The notes under the pieces are model-generated. The model had not been told where the DNA came from. It searched no databases and saw only the letters and a list, made by a program, of their open reading frames with translations. This document shows, one piece after another, positions 1 through 9,436 of a DNA stretch of 64,000 nucleotides. The DNA comes from an uncultured Ruminiclostridium sp. (GTDB lineage: Bacteria; Bacillota; Clostridia; Oscillospirales; Ruminococcaceae). Location: the NCBI GenBank assembly GCA_910588335.1, contig CAJUQV010000018.1, positions 161 through 64,160 of the forward strand, written 5' to 3'. Position numbers and translations under genes: made by a program. Every line of letters starts with the position of its first letter. The first letter of the stretch is position 1.

Positions 1-198
1 ATCAAACTCATATTTCGTGCGCTGCAATCCGTCAAAATCATCAATATAGAGCATAAGCGGCTCATAGCTCTCAAATCGGCGGTTAAAATTCTCGTTGTAT
101 ACCATTACAGACAACGCCCAATCGCCTGCAATTATTAGTACAACCATAATAGATAATACAATAAAGAAAATCTTTTTTTTCTTAGACTTCGATTTCAT
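1..198 (-). CDS. alpha/beta hydrolase-like membrane-anchored protein, N-terminal part only (runs off window start)
   Basis: Not in the ORF track because it is truncated. Reverse strand from ATG at 198 reads MKSKSKKKKIFFIVLSIMVVLIIAGDW..NENFNRRFESYEPLMLYIDDFDGLQRTKYEFD, i.e. a Lys-rich N-terminus plus one TM helix. Its ATG overlaps the TGA of the upstream gene (ATGA). Confidence 0.4.
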   Translation of the reverse strand, partial: MKSKSKKKKIFFIVLSIMVVLIIAGDWALSVMVYNENFNRRFESYEPLMLYIDDFDGLQRTKYEFD

Positions 199-1451
199 TT
201 TTTCATAAGTCCTTTATCAATAATTCTCTGCGCCGCATTCATCACTCCGACTCTTGCCGCAAAATATGAAGTGCCGCCCTGAAGCCAAACAGCGTAAGGC
301 TCTCTTAACGGTGCGTCGGCAGACAGCTCTATCGAGCTTCCCATTGTAAAGCAGCCCGCAGCCATTATTACCTGACAGTTATATCCCGGCATATCCCAAG
401 GTTCGGGAGCCGCCATACTGTCAACCGGACTGGCCGCCTGTATACCCTCGCAAAAAGCGATAAGCCTTTCGGGACTGCCCAGTTTTATAGAGCATATTAT
501 ATCGGTACGGTAGGCACGGTAATCGGGGAGTGCGGTAAAGCCCAGTTCCTCAAAAAAAGCCGCCGCAAATACCGATGTTTTTAAAGCGTTGGATACCGCT
601 AACGGGGCGTTGTAAAGCCCCATAAAAATCTCGCGGTTTTGTCCCAGAGAACAGCCTACCTCTTTTCCCGTTCCAACGGTAGTAAGGCGATAGGAACAAA
701 GCTCCACCAGTTCCCTTTTACCTGCTATATAACCTCCCGTAGAGCAGATACCGCCGCCCGGATTTTTTATAAGCGAGCCTATTATAAGATCGGCGCCTAC
801 CGATGTAGGTTCTACGCATTCAACAAATTCGCCGTAACAATTGTCTACCATAATTATCGCCTTGCTGCCTACGGCTTTTACCGCTTCGGCGATTTCCATT
901 ATTACGGATACGGTAAGTGAGGGTCTTAAGGAATAACCCCTGGAACGCTGTATGTAAACCGCCTTAGCTCCCCTTGACTGCTCCATTATTGCCTTTATAT
1001 CCGGTCTCCCGTCGGGAAGCAGGTCGATTTGTTTGTAATTAACTCCAAATTCTTTAAGGGAACCGCCTTTTTCACCGAATATTACTTCCTCTAACGTATC
1101 ATAAGGCCGACCGGTCACCGCAAGAAGCAGGTCGCCGGGTCTGAGTACGCCGAAAAGAGCGGTGGAAATAGCGTGAGTACCGTTTACAAATCCGTGTCTT
1201 ACAAGCGCGTCCTCTGCCCCCAACGCCTGAGCGAATACCTGATCCGCTTTATCCCTTCCGTCATCGCCGTAGCCGTATCCGGTTGTCCCTTTCAGGTGCA
1301 TATCGGCCACGCCGTTGTCTATGAAAGCTTTAAGAACCTTTTCGCTGTTTCGGCGGCAGATCTCGTCAATACGGGCAAAAGCCGCCTCCGTTTTATCCTC
1401 CGCCTTGTCCGCCGCCGTCAGCAGCTCTTCGCTGAAATTAAACTCTGTCAT
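195..1451 (-). CDS. PLP-dependent methionine gamma-lyase family protein (YnbB / 'aluminium resistance' family)
   Basis: 418 aa with full-length resemblance to the YnbB/COG4100 family (GTTGYGYGDDGRD, LIKNPGGG motifs). Confidence 0.75.
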   Translation of the reverse strand: MTEFNFSEELLTAADKAEDKTEAAFARIDEICRRNSEKVLKAFIDNGVADMHLKGTTGYGYGDDGRDKADQVFAQALGAEDALVRHGFVNGTHAISTALFGVLRPGDLLLAVTGRPYDTLEEVIFGEKGGSLKEFGVNYKQIDLLPDGRPDIKAIMEQSRGAKAVYIQRSRGYSLRPSLTVSVIMEIAEAVKAVGSKAIIMVDNCYGEFVECVEPTSVGADLIIGSLIKNPGGGICSTGGYIAGKRELVELCSYRLTTVGTGKEVGCSLGQNREIFMGLYNAPLAVSNALKTSVFAAAFFEELGFTALPDYRAYRTDIICSIKLGSPERLIAFCEGIQAASPVDSMAAPEPWDMPGYNCQVIMAAGCFTMGSSIELSADAPLREPYAVWLQGGTSYFAARVGVMNAAQRIIDKGLMKK

Positions 1452-1494
1452 ATACTTGTCCTGCTTATTATTTATTCAAATATGATGAATGCTG

Positions 1495-2262
1495 TTATGA
1501 TATATTGTTTTTTATTTTTTCGGAAAAAACGGTTATAGCTTTACCGCCCTCGTAAAATCCCGCTTTTCGGTAAAACGGGCTAAGCTCCGGTTTACAGAGT
1601 ATGGAAACTTCTTTTCCCTGTTTTTCAAAAAAAACGCCTAACCGCCTTAACAGTTTTTTCGCTTCGCCTTTTCCCCTGGATTCGCTTTTTGTGGCTACAA
1701 GCGAAATGAAAACGGATCCGTTTATATCCGCCATCACGGTGGCGGAAGCGCCTCCGTAAACATACACGGACGATATACCGTGTCTTGTTTTATGACTTAT
1801 ATCTGTATACCAGTCATCATACTTTATTCCCGAAAATCCGTCCTGCAATATGGGAAAAACATCGTCGAGAGCAGGGTTTACGTTTATCTCTTCCATTTCG
1901 GGAATTTCTTCGTTTTCCGGTATAAGTTCCGAAGAGAATTTATATATTAAACTTTCTTCGGTGTTTGACCAACCGGCAGCCATCAGCCGTTTACCTGTTT
2001 CAATTCCGGTAAGAGCCGACTTAAAACCGCAGACCTTAAGAAAAAGCGAAAGCTCCTCCATTGTATCCTCGGAAATAACGCCTTTTGTTCTTATGACAAG
2101 ATCGTCGTAATAACGTCCTATCAGAATACCCTTCCCGCCGTATACCGTAAAAAAATCGTAACCGCCGTATGCTTTCATATTAGACGCTATTTTTAGGGAA
2201 AAAATGTCTTTTGCTCCAGCCAACAGCCTTTCGGCTGTTTTTTGATCGACGCGGGTTATCAT
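1495..2262 (-). CDS. GNAT-like acetyltransferase domain protein
   Basis: 255 aa. The C-terminal segment SRGKGEAKKLLRRLGVFFEKQGKEVSILCKPELSPFYRKAGF looks like an acetyl-CoA-binding GNAT core; the N-terminal half is unassigned. Confidence 0.55.
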   Translation of the reverse strand: MITRVDQKTAERLLAGAKDIFSLKIASNMKAYGGYDFFTVYGGKGILIGRYYDDLVIRTKGVISEDTMEELSLFLKVCGFKSALTGIETGKRLMAAGWSNTEESLIYKFSSELIPENEEIPEMEEINVNPALDDVFPILQDGFSGIKYDDWYTDISHKTRHGISSVYVYGGASATVMADINGSVFISLVATKSESRGKGEAKKLLRRLGVFFEKQGKEVSILCKPELSPFYRKAGFYEGGKAITVFSEKIKNNIS

Positions 2263-2301
2263 ATATTACGGTCACTCCTTAAAATATGAGCCTGAACCCG
2301 C

Positions 2302-3336
2302 TTATCGGGAATTCATTGCTCCCAGCTTATTTATCATAGTCGAAGCCAATTTTGCCGTATCATACAAATCGGTTTCCTTTATAACACAGTTTGGTGAATG
2401 CAAATATCGGCAAGGTACGGAAATTGCCATTGTGCGGACGCCTCCCGCTGATTTATGGATAGCTCCGCTGTCATTGCCGCCGGCTACGACGGTTTTTGTC
2501 TGGCATTTCACGCCTATTTCCTTTGCAGTGTCAAATCCAAGCTTATAAAGCTCGCGGTCGTAAATCGTGCCTCTGTCCATAAAGGACACTACGGCGCCGT
2601 TTCCGAGAATACAAACCTTTTTTTCACCCTCTACTCCGCTTATATCGCAGGCGGTAGTTGTTTCAAGCACAATCGCTATATCCGGATTTACCGAATATGC
2701 TGCCGCAGCGGATCCTCTTGTGCCTACCTCTTCCTGAACGGTAAACACAAACGTTGTATCGTAAGCAAGCTCTCCGTTCAGCATTTGAAGCATTATAGCA
2801 CAACCCGCCCTATCGTCAAGCGCTTTTCCTGACATATAACCGTCGCCGAAATCCGACTGTTCACTTGTAAAATACGCGTAATCGCCTAAAGCGACAAACT
2901 TTTCGGCTTCATCCCTATTCTCCGCGCCGATATCTATCCTGAGGTCGGAAATTTTGGGCTGTGAATTTCCCTCGTCGCCTTTAAGTAGATGTATCGGCTT
3001 TCCCGCTACGGCACCGTAAATATCGCCGTTTACGGCAAGCTGTCTCCCGAACACCACATACGGCAACACACCGCCTACCGGAGCAAAACACAAGCTTCCG
3101 TCATCGTCGATATGGGTCACTATAAAGCCGACCTCGTCCATATGCGCAGCCACCATAAGCTTTTTGGGTGGAGTACTTCTGCCCTTCTTTTCGACTATAA
3201 GATTACCTAAATTATCAACGGCGTATTTAACGTCGGCGGGCAGAAGCGAAATAATTTTCTCCCTTACCCTGCTTTCATCACCGCTTGCTCCGTTGATCGC
3301 TGAAAGCTCTTTCACAAGCTGTTTCAAATTTTCCAT
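2302..3336 (-). CDS. M42 family metallopeptidase (glutamyl aminopeptidase / FrvX-YsdC type)
   Basis: 344 aa with AAHMDEVGF, DDRAGC, VQEEVGTRGS motifs typical of M42. Confidence 0.85.
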   Translation of the reverse strand: MENLKQLVKELSAINGASGDESRVREKIISLLPADVKYAVDNLGNLIVEKKGRSTPPKKLMVAAHMDEVGFIVTHIDDDGSLCFAPVGGVLPYVVFGRQLAVNGDIYGAVAGKPIHLLKGDEGNSQPKISDLRIDIGAENRDEAEKFVALGDYAYFTSEQSDFGDGYMSGKALDDRAGCAIMLQMLNGELAYDTTFVFTVQEEVGTRGSAAAAYSVNPDIAIVLETTTACDISGVEGEKKVCILGNGAVVSFMDRGTIYDRELYKLGFDTAKEIGVKCQTKTVVAGGNDSGAIHKSAGGVRTMAISVPCRYLHSPNCVIKETDLYDTAKLASTMINKLGAMNSR

Positions 3337-3351
3337 CGTCCCGTCTCCTTT

Positions 3352-4356
3352 TTAACCCTTAATAAAAGCCGCCAACAGCTCTCCCGTATTTCTTATATCC
3401 TCCGTATCAAGCACCTCGCAAGGGGTGTGCATATATCTCTGAGGTATCGAAAGGAGCGCCGTTTTCACTCCGCTTTTTGTCACCGCTATATTGTCGGCGT
3501 CAGTTCCCGTTTTTCCGTTCATTACCTCAATCTGATAAGGAATATTCTTTTCTTGGGCAATTTTTTTGAGCTTATCGGACATTTCCCTATCCAATGTGGG
3601 AGATATACCTATCATGGGGCCTTTTCCCAGCTTGCCTGCCTGCTCCGAGGAAACTCCTTTGCTCACGGCAAAGCTTACGTCAAAAGCGATTGCATAATCG
3701 GGGGTTATATTAAATGAGGAAACCGCAGCGCCGCGACAGCCCACCTCTTCCTGAGCCACAAGCTGTACGGCTATCCTGAAGGGAAGCTCTTTTTCGTTTT
3801 TAAGCAGGTCGAGGGCGTACAATATAGAAACCACTCCCGCCATATCATCGGAAGCGGGAGTACATATCCTTGTACCGACAAGCTTTGAAAAGCGGCCTTC
3901 CTCTACTACAAGATCGCCTAAGGAAATCACTTTCTCCGCTTGTTCCTTGGTCATTCCTATATCAATAGCTATATCCTCGATATCGGGAGCCTTTTCGTTT
4001 TTATCCGCAACATGAGGAGGGAGAGTTGAAACAATTCCCTTTATCGGCTCCTTTCCGTATACCGTTACATTCTGAGCAAGGAGCGTGCGATTGTCAATAC
4101 CTATTTTTCCTACCTTAAGAAAACCGTTTTCATCAATAAAGGTAACTATCATTCCCACACGGTCTATATGCGCGTCCAAAAGCAGCGTGGGCTTATTAGC
4201 TTCGCCTATAAAGCCGATAACGTTTCCGAAGCCGTCGGTCTCGACATTGTCGGAGTATTGGGAGAGCAGTTTAATCAGAGCTTCATGAGCATTTTTTTCT
4301 CCGCCGCTCACCGAGGGAAGATCGCAAAGCGTTTTAAGTGTTTCTTCAATATTCAT
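3352..4356 (-). CDS. M42 family metallopeptidase, second paralog
   Basis: 334 aa with DAHIDRVGM, SDDMAGV, AQEEVGCRGA motifs. Lies 16 nt upstream of the first paralog. Confidence 0.85.
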   Translation of the reverse strand: MNIEETLKTLCDLPSVSGGEKNAHEALIKLLSQYSDNVETDGFGNVIGFIGEANKPTLLLDAHIDRVGMIVTFIDENGFLKVGKIGIDNRTLLAQNVTVYGKEPIKGIVSTLPPHVADKNEKAPDIEDIAIDIGMTKEQAEKVISLGDLVVEEGRFSKLVGTRICTPASDDMAGVVSILYALDLLKNEKELPFRIAVQLVAQEEVGCRGAAVSSFNITPDYAIAFDVSFAVSKGVSSEQAGKLGKGPMIGISPTLDREMSDKLKKIAQEKNIPYQIEVMNGKTGTDADNIAVTKSGVKTALLSIPQRYMHTPCEVLDTEDIRNTGELLAAFIKG

Positions 4357-4553
4357 ATTATTATTCCTTTGACTAATACAAATTTACGGATACTTACTTT
4401 TTTTGCTTCCCTTTCTATTCAAGAAAAAGCAATATGTATATCCGAAACAACAACTTATAGTATACCCCTTTATCCACTTTTAGTCAATAAAAATCATGTA
4501 TCGGTATTAACAAAGTTTTCATACAAAACACAATTGAAATTGGTAAAAAAGAT

Positions 4554-4649
4554 AAAATACTTCCCTTCGGCTAACCTAATATCAATCTTTAATCAAATCT
4601 ACAACTTGATTAAAGATTGATATAATATATGCCGGAATGGAAGTATTTT
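4554..4649 (-). terminator. compound hairpin terminator after hisH, built around a module-2 copy of repeat family 1
   Basis: Outer arms AAAATACTTCCCTTCGGC (4554-4571) and GCCGGAATGGAAGTATTTT (4631-4649). Inner perfect 13-bp hairpin AATCTTTAATCAA/TTGATTAAAGATT (4584-4618). On the minus strand it is followed by TCTTTTTT. Confidence 0.55.
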
Positions 4650-4676
4650 ATTATACGAATAAATTTTAAAATATAA

Positions 4677-5276
4677 TTAAAGCTCCGCAAAATTTCTCAA
4701 TATGGCAAGTCCCGTATCTCCGCTTTTTTCCGGATGAAACTGGGCTCCGTAAACATAACCGTTTCCCACCAGCGCGGGAACCTTGCCGCCGTAATCGGCA
4801 TAGGCATATACGTCGTCAGGATCGCAATCCGCTGCATATGAGTGGACAAAATAAAAATATTGTCCTTCCTCAATACCCTTAAGCAAAGGGCAGCTTCTGT
4901 TGTACTCCAAGGAATTCCAGCCCATCTGAGGCACAGGCAAACCGCCCTGCGGCTTCATAAGCCAGACAGTGCCCCCAATAAGACCTAAACCGTCAAACTC
5001 TCCGAACTCGTAGCTTTTTTCAAACAAAAGCTGCATACCTAAGCATATTCCCAAAAAAGGTTTTTTCGCCGCCTCGGATTTTATCGTTTCAACAAGCCCG
5101 GAACGGTTCAGCTTGTTCATTGCGTCACCGAACGCTCCCACGCCGGGAAGTATCAAACGATCCGCTTCAATGATATCCTCCTTATCCGAGGATATTTTGT
5201 TTTCAAGGCCGAGATAATTCAAAGCGTTTTGTACGCTGAATAAATTTCCCGCGCCGTAATCAATTATTGCTATCAT
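4677..5276 (-). CDS. hisH: imidazole glycerol phosphate synthase, glutamine amidotransferase subunit
   Basis: 199 aa with IDYGAGN, GICLGMQ, FHPEKS motifs. Its ATG overlaps the stop of the upstream Nudix gene (ATGA). Confidence 0.9.
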   Translation of the reverse strand: MIAIIDYGAGNLFSVQNALNYLGLENKISSDKEDIIEADRLILPGVGAFGDAMNKLNRSGLVETIKSEAAKKPFLGICLGMQLLFEKSYEFGEFDGLGLIGGTVWLMKPQGGLPVPQMGWNSLEYNRSCPLLKGIEEGQYFYFVHSYAADCDPDDVYAYADYGGKVPALVGNGYVYGAQFHPEKSGDTGLAILRNFAEL

Positions 5277-5683
5277 AACAATTGTTCCTTATACATTCCG
5301 ATGTGTTCCATTATATGCCCTATATTGCCTTCTCCCGCGTACTCATTCATATCAAAGAAATTGTGTTCAAAATCACTCCAGAACAAGGGATTTTCATTTC
5401 CTGCCACACTTGACTCACAATTCAGTCTCCCAACATACACCTCAACATAGCAGCCGTCAAGGTAATAGGTAAAGTCCATAAGATGAGTAAGCTTAATTTG
5501 CTCCCTTGTTATGCCGGTTTCTTCAAAAAGCTCACGGTAAGCGGCGGACTCGTGCTCCTCTCCTTCCTCTATCTTTCCCCCCACCATATTTATAAGTCCG
5601 AGATAAGGGTTTTTAATTCTTTTGCACATTAACATTTTAGTGCGCTCTTTGTTAAATACCGCCACTAAATTATAACCCTGCAC
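5273..5683 (-). CDS. NUDIX hydrolase embedded in the his operon
   Basis: 136 aa with Nudix box GGKIEEGEEHESAAYRELFEETGI. GTG start overlaps the hisB stop by 1 nt, and the stop overlaps the hisH start. Confidence 0.8.
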   Translation of the reverse strand: MQGYNLVAVFNKERTKMLMCKRIKNPYLGLINMVGGKIEEGEEHESAAYRELFEETGITREQIKLTHLMDFTYYLDGCYVEVYVGRLNCESSVAGNENPLFWSDFEHNFFDMNEYAGEGNIGHIMEHIGMYKEQLL

Positions 5684-6258
5684 TAAAGCACCCCCTTTGA
5701 GGACATAATCCCTCCGGCGGGTCTAATCGCCTGCTTTAAAGCATAAGCAAGTGATTTAAACAGCGATTCCGTTATATGATGATCGTTTTTTCCGTATTCC
5801 GATCTTAAATGCAAGGTTATACCCGCATTAAAGGCAAACGCTCTCATAAATTCTTCGGTAAGACAGCTATCGTAATCGCCTATCCGTTCATTCCCGAACA
5901 CGGCGTTAAACACAAGAAACGGCCTTTTGCATATATCCAGAGAACAAAATCCCAAAGCTTCGTCCATGGGAACGAAAGCAGAACCGAAGCGCATAATCGG
6001 TTGTTCGCCCAAAGCAAGGCTTAATGCCTGACCCAAGCAAATACCTGTATCCTCCACCGTATGGTGACCGTCAACATACAAATCACCCTTGCAGCTTACC
6101 TCAAGATCAAAGCCGCCGTGAACGGTCATCGCGGTAAGCATATGGTCGAAAAAGCCTATACCCGTGTAAATATCAGATTTACCGGTGCCGTCAAGATAAA
6201 GCGTCACCTTTACATCGGTTTCTTTGGTGGTTCTGGTTATTCGCGCCTCTCTGCTCAT
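5683..6258 (-). CDS. hisB: imidazoleglycerol-phosphate dehydratase
   Basis: 191 aa with the two DxHHxxE motifs (VDGHHTVED, NDHHITES). Confidence 0.9.
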   Translation of the reverse strand: MSREARITRTTKETDVKVTLYLDGTGKSDIYTGIGFFDHMLTAMTVHGGFDLEVSCKGDLYVDGHHTVEDTGICLGQALSLALGEQPIMRFGSAFVPMDEALGFCSLDICKRPFLVFNAVFGNERIGDYDSCLTEEFMRAFAFNAGITLHLRSEYGKNDHHITESLFKSLAYALKQAIRPAGGIMSSKGVL

Positions 6259-6299
6259 TTCCGTTTCTCACTTTCTGTTTAATAATTTTGGGGGCAACT

Positions 6300-6932
6300 T
6301 TACCAAATCTCTTTTCCGTCGCCTAAAATAATATTTTTTATATTTTCGTCCGCATCCTCCAATGTAAGTCCACCGTCAATAAGAGGCTTTATAACCTCTC
6401 GGCTCTCTCTGGTATGGGGAAGAGATGAGGCTAACGCTGCCGCTTTTTCCTTTTTGCCGCATTTCAGGTATAAAAAGCAAAGAGCCGCGCGCATAGTGGC
6501 CTTTTGTTTTTCGTTTACAGACAGGTGAAGCCCTCTTTCCGTCAGCTCAGCAGCTTCTTCCGATTTTCCTTTTAGCGCTAATACCCCCGCCAGTCCAAGT
6601 ATCATTCCGGGCTTATTGGGATAAATAAGCAAAGCGTCGCGATAAACCTTTTCCGCCGAATCGTAATCCCCTTTGCTCTGAAAAGCCGCTGCGGTTTTAT
6701 GTATATTATAGCGAGTTTCTTCGGCGCGGATTACGTCCATACCTATAAGCAGGTCAACGCTGGTCTCGAATATGTTTGCCAAAGCGGGAAGGAAAGTTAT
6801 ATCTGGGTAACATTCCCCTCTTTCCCACTTTGAAACACTTTGCGGCGTTATGCCTAAATATTCGGCGACTTCCTCCTGAGTTAAGTTTTTCTTGATACGG
6901 TATTTCTTTAAATTTTCGGACAAATACAGCAT
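6300..6932 (-). CDS. XRE-family HTH transcriptional regulator with C-terminal TPR repeats
   Basis: 210 aa. N-terminal LTQEEVAEYLGITPQSVSKWERGE HTH, and a C-terminal Ala/Leu/Tyr-periodic TPR-like region. Confidence 0.8.
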   Translation of the reverse strand: MLYLSENLKKYRIKKNLTQEEVAEYLGITPQSVSKWERGECYPDITFLPALANIFETSVDLLIGMDVIRAEETRYNIHKTAAAFQSKGDYDSAEKVYRDALLIYPNKPGMILGLAGVLALKGKSEEAAELTERGLHLSVNEKQKATMRAALCFLYLKCGKKEKAAALASSLPHTRESREVIKPLIDGGLTLEDADENIKNIILGDGKEIW

Positions 6933-7018
6933 GGTGATCCTCCTTTTAAAGGCTTTACGAATCCACTTAATTCATAATCGCAGGTACCGTAATGCCTCAT
7001 TTATTTTTTACAATACTT

Positions 7019-7047
7019 ATTTTAACACAAGAGGATCGTGTATACAA
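7019..7047 (-). promoter_or_regulatory. candidate sigma-A promoter for the XRE/TPR gene, internal to the his cluster
   Basis: Minus strand TTGTAT-17 nt-TAAAAT with a TGT extended -10. Confidence 0.4.
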
Positions 7048-7085
7048 TAGCGCGTTGGTTGGCAAAAACTCAACCTATGTAATTT

Positions 7086-8126
7086 TTATTGAGGAAAACA
7101 GTCAAGAGCAGTTAGCAACGCTGTATTTTCAGTTTCGTTTCCTGCCGTTATTCTCAAATAATCTCCCATATACCTTACCGCGATTGAATTTGACAGCAGA
7201 TATTCAAAAATTTCCTTTGCCTTTGAGGTTTTTATGAAAACAAAATTGGTAACGGAGGGATAAATTGTTTCAAAAAAGGGGTAATTTCTGCAATTAAGAT
7301 CGCCGTAAAGCTCCTTTCTGGCGGTTATACAAGCTTCAATGCGACGTTTCATTTCCTTTGAGTCGGAAATGAAATATTCCGCCGCGTACTGGGTAAGTAC
7401 ATTTACATTATAAGGAGATTTGGCGGCTCTCAGCTTTTCGGTTATCATTTTTCCGCTTACGGCAAATCCCAGTCTTAATCCCGCCATACCCAACGCCTTT
7501 GAACAAGTTCGGAGCACAATAAGATTATCGTACTCGGCGGCGCATTTCATAAGGCTGTTCTCTTCGCCCCAGAAATCCATATACGCTTCGTCGGCAATAA
7601 CCAAGGCATTCACGGAATTTATAAGTCTCACGACTTCATTTTTAAGAAGTCCCAAAGATGTGGGATTGCATGGATTGGAAAATATAACCGCCTTGATATT
7701 TTCGGTATTTACTTTTTCTATCACCTTGTCAATATTTACGGTAAGGTCAGCTTCCTTTTTTAGTACTCTTACGTCAAGCTCATACAGGCTCGAATAAAAG
7801 GCGTACATGGAAAAATCGGGAGACAGGCAAAGGACTCTTTCGTTCTTTTGCAAAAAACAGGCTGTGATTATACTTATAAGCTCGTCGGAACCGTTTCCCG
7901 CGGTAATAAACTCCTCATTTACGCCGTAAAGCTCTCCATATGCTTTTATAAGCTTTTTTGCGTATGGATCGGGGTAACGGTTTAATGAAGCTCCCTTTAC
8001 GGCATTCAAAAGGCTTTCCGCATCAGTATTGATAAAGCTTTCGTTTGCGTCCAGACGTATTTTATAATCGCCCTGTATCGGATCGTACGGAGTAAGGGAC
8101 ACAAGCTTTTCGGTTAAATTATACAA
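7086..8126 (-). CDS. hisC: histidinol-phosphate aminotransferase
   Basis: 346 aa class-II aminotransferase with PLP-lysine context CSKALGMAGLRLGF, located in the his cluster. Confidence 0.85.
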   Translation of the reverse strand: MYNLTEKLVSLTPYDPIQGDYKIRLDANESFINTDAESLLNAVKGASLNRYPDPYAKKLIKAYGELYGVNEEFITAGNGSDELISIITACFLQKNERVLCLSPDFSMYAFYSSLYELDVRVLKKEADLTVNIDKVIEKVNTENIKAVIFSNPCNPTSLGLLKNEVVRLINSVNALVIADEAYMDFWGEENSLMKCAAEYDNLIVLRTCSKALGMAGLRLGFAVSGKMITEKLRAAKSPYNVNVLTQYAAEYFISDSKEMKRRIEACITARKELYGDLNCRNYPFFETIYPSVTNFVFIKTSKAKEIFEYLLSNSIAVRYMGDYLRITAGNETENTALLTALDCFPQ

Positions 8127-8142
8127 AATTTATCTCTCCTTT

Positions 8143-9435
8143 TTAACGGATATCCTCTATACGCACCTTTATGGAATTGGCATGAGCTGTCAGCCTCTCT
8201 TTTTCCGCCACCAAGATAACATCGTCAGCCGCCTCGTTGAGCGCTCCTGCGGTATAATAGATGTAGCCGGACTTCTTTATAAAGCTGTCAACGGAAAGCG
8301 GAGAAAAAAATCTTGCCGTTCCGCTTGTGGGCAGGACGTGATTCGGACCCGCGTAGTAGTCTCCCAAAGGCTCCGGCGCGTACTGTCCCAAAAACAGTGA
8401 GCCGACGTTATCAAGTTTTCCTATATATTCAAGTGGATTTTCGGCGACAACCTCAAGATGTTCGGGGGCCAGCCTGTCAGCGATATCACATGCCTGCATC
8501 ATATCGTTAGCTATGATTATTGCTCCGTAATTGTCAAGGGAATATTCTATAATATCTTTTCTGGAAAGCTGCTTTAATTGTCTTTCTATTTCCTTGGTCA
8601 CATCATCTGCGATTTTTTCGGAAGTGGTTATAAGTATCGCGCTTGCAAGCCTGTCGTGCTCCGCTTGTGACATAAGGTCGGCGGCAACGTATTTTGGATT
8701 GGAGGTACCGTCGGCAATAACAAGAATTTCACTGGGTCCCGCTATCATATCTATATCAACCGTACCGTAAAGAAGCTTTTTAGCAGTGGCAACGTAAATA
8801 TTTCCCGGTCCCACTATTTTCGATACCTTAGGGATTTCCTTTGTGCCATATGCCAAAGCCGCCACCGCTTGTGCGCCGCCGCACATAAAAATTCTGTCCA
8901 CTCCGCAAAGAGCGGCCGCAAGCAGGATATCTTTATTCGGCGTACCGTCCTTCAAGGGAGGTGTCACCATTATTATCTCTCTTACTCCCGCTATTTTCGC
9001 GGGAATTGCGTTCATAAGAACCGAAGAGGGATAAGCCGCGGTGCCGCCGGGAACATAAAGCCCGACTCTGTCAAGGCCTCTCACTCTCTGACCTATAATT
9101 GAACCGTCCTCATTGGTTATCATGTAGCCGTTCTGCTTCTGTCTCCGGTGAAAATCGGTTATTTTCTCAACGCAGTTCAGAAGTGCGTCGACAAGCTTGG
9201 GATCGGCTTCGGTAAGCGCATCGTTGATGGTATCCCTCGGCACCTCGTAATACTTGCAGACGGGGCAATCAAATTCTTCGGTATACTTTTTTACCGCTTT
9301 GTCACCGTTAGCCTTTACATCCTCTATTATTTTAACTACGGTCTCCTCAACCTTTTTATTGGTCTCGCTGCTACGTTTCTCGACTTCCTTCAAAAACTCG
9401 ATTTCGCTTCCATCGGCATAAATTTTCCTTATCAT
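8143..9435 (-). CDS. hisD: histidinol dehydrogenase
   Basis: 430 aa with AGPSE, SQAEHD, GDYYAGPNHVLPT motifs. Confidence 0.92.
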   Translation of the reverse strand: MIRKIYADGSEIEFLKEVEKRSSETNKKVEETVVKIIEDVKANGDKAVKKYTEEFDCPVCKYYEVPRDTINDALTEADPKLVDALLNCVEKITDFHRRQKQNGYMITNEDGSIIGQRVRGLDRVGLYVPGGTAAYPSSVLMNAIPAKIAGVREIIMVTPPLKDGTPNKDILLAAALCGVDRIFMCGGAQAVAALAYGTKEIPKVSKIVGPGNIYVATAKKLLYGTVDIDMIAGPSEILVIADGTSNPKYVAADLMSQAEHDRLASAILITTSEKIADDVTKEIERQLKQLSRKDIIEYSLDNYGAIIIANDMMQACDIADRLAPEHLEVVAENPLEYIGKLDNVGSLFLGQYAPEPLGDYYAGPNHVLPTSGTARFFSPLSVDSFIKKSGYIYYTAGALNEAADDVILVAEKERLTAHANSIKVRIEDIR

Positions 9436-9436
9436 T

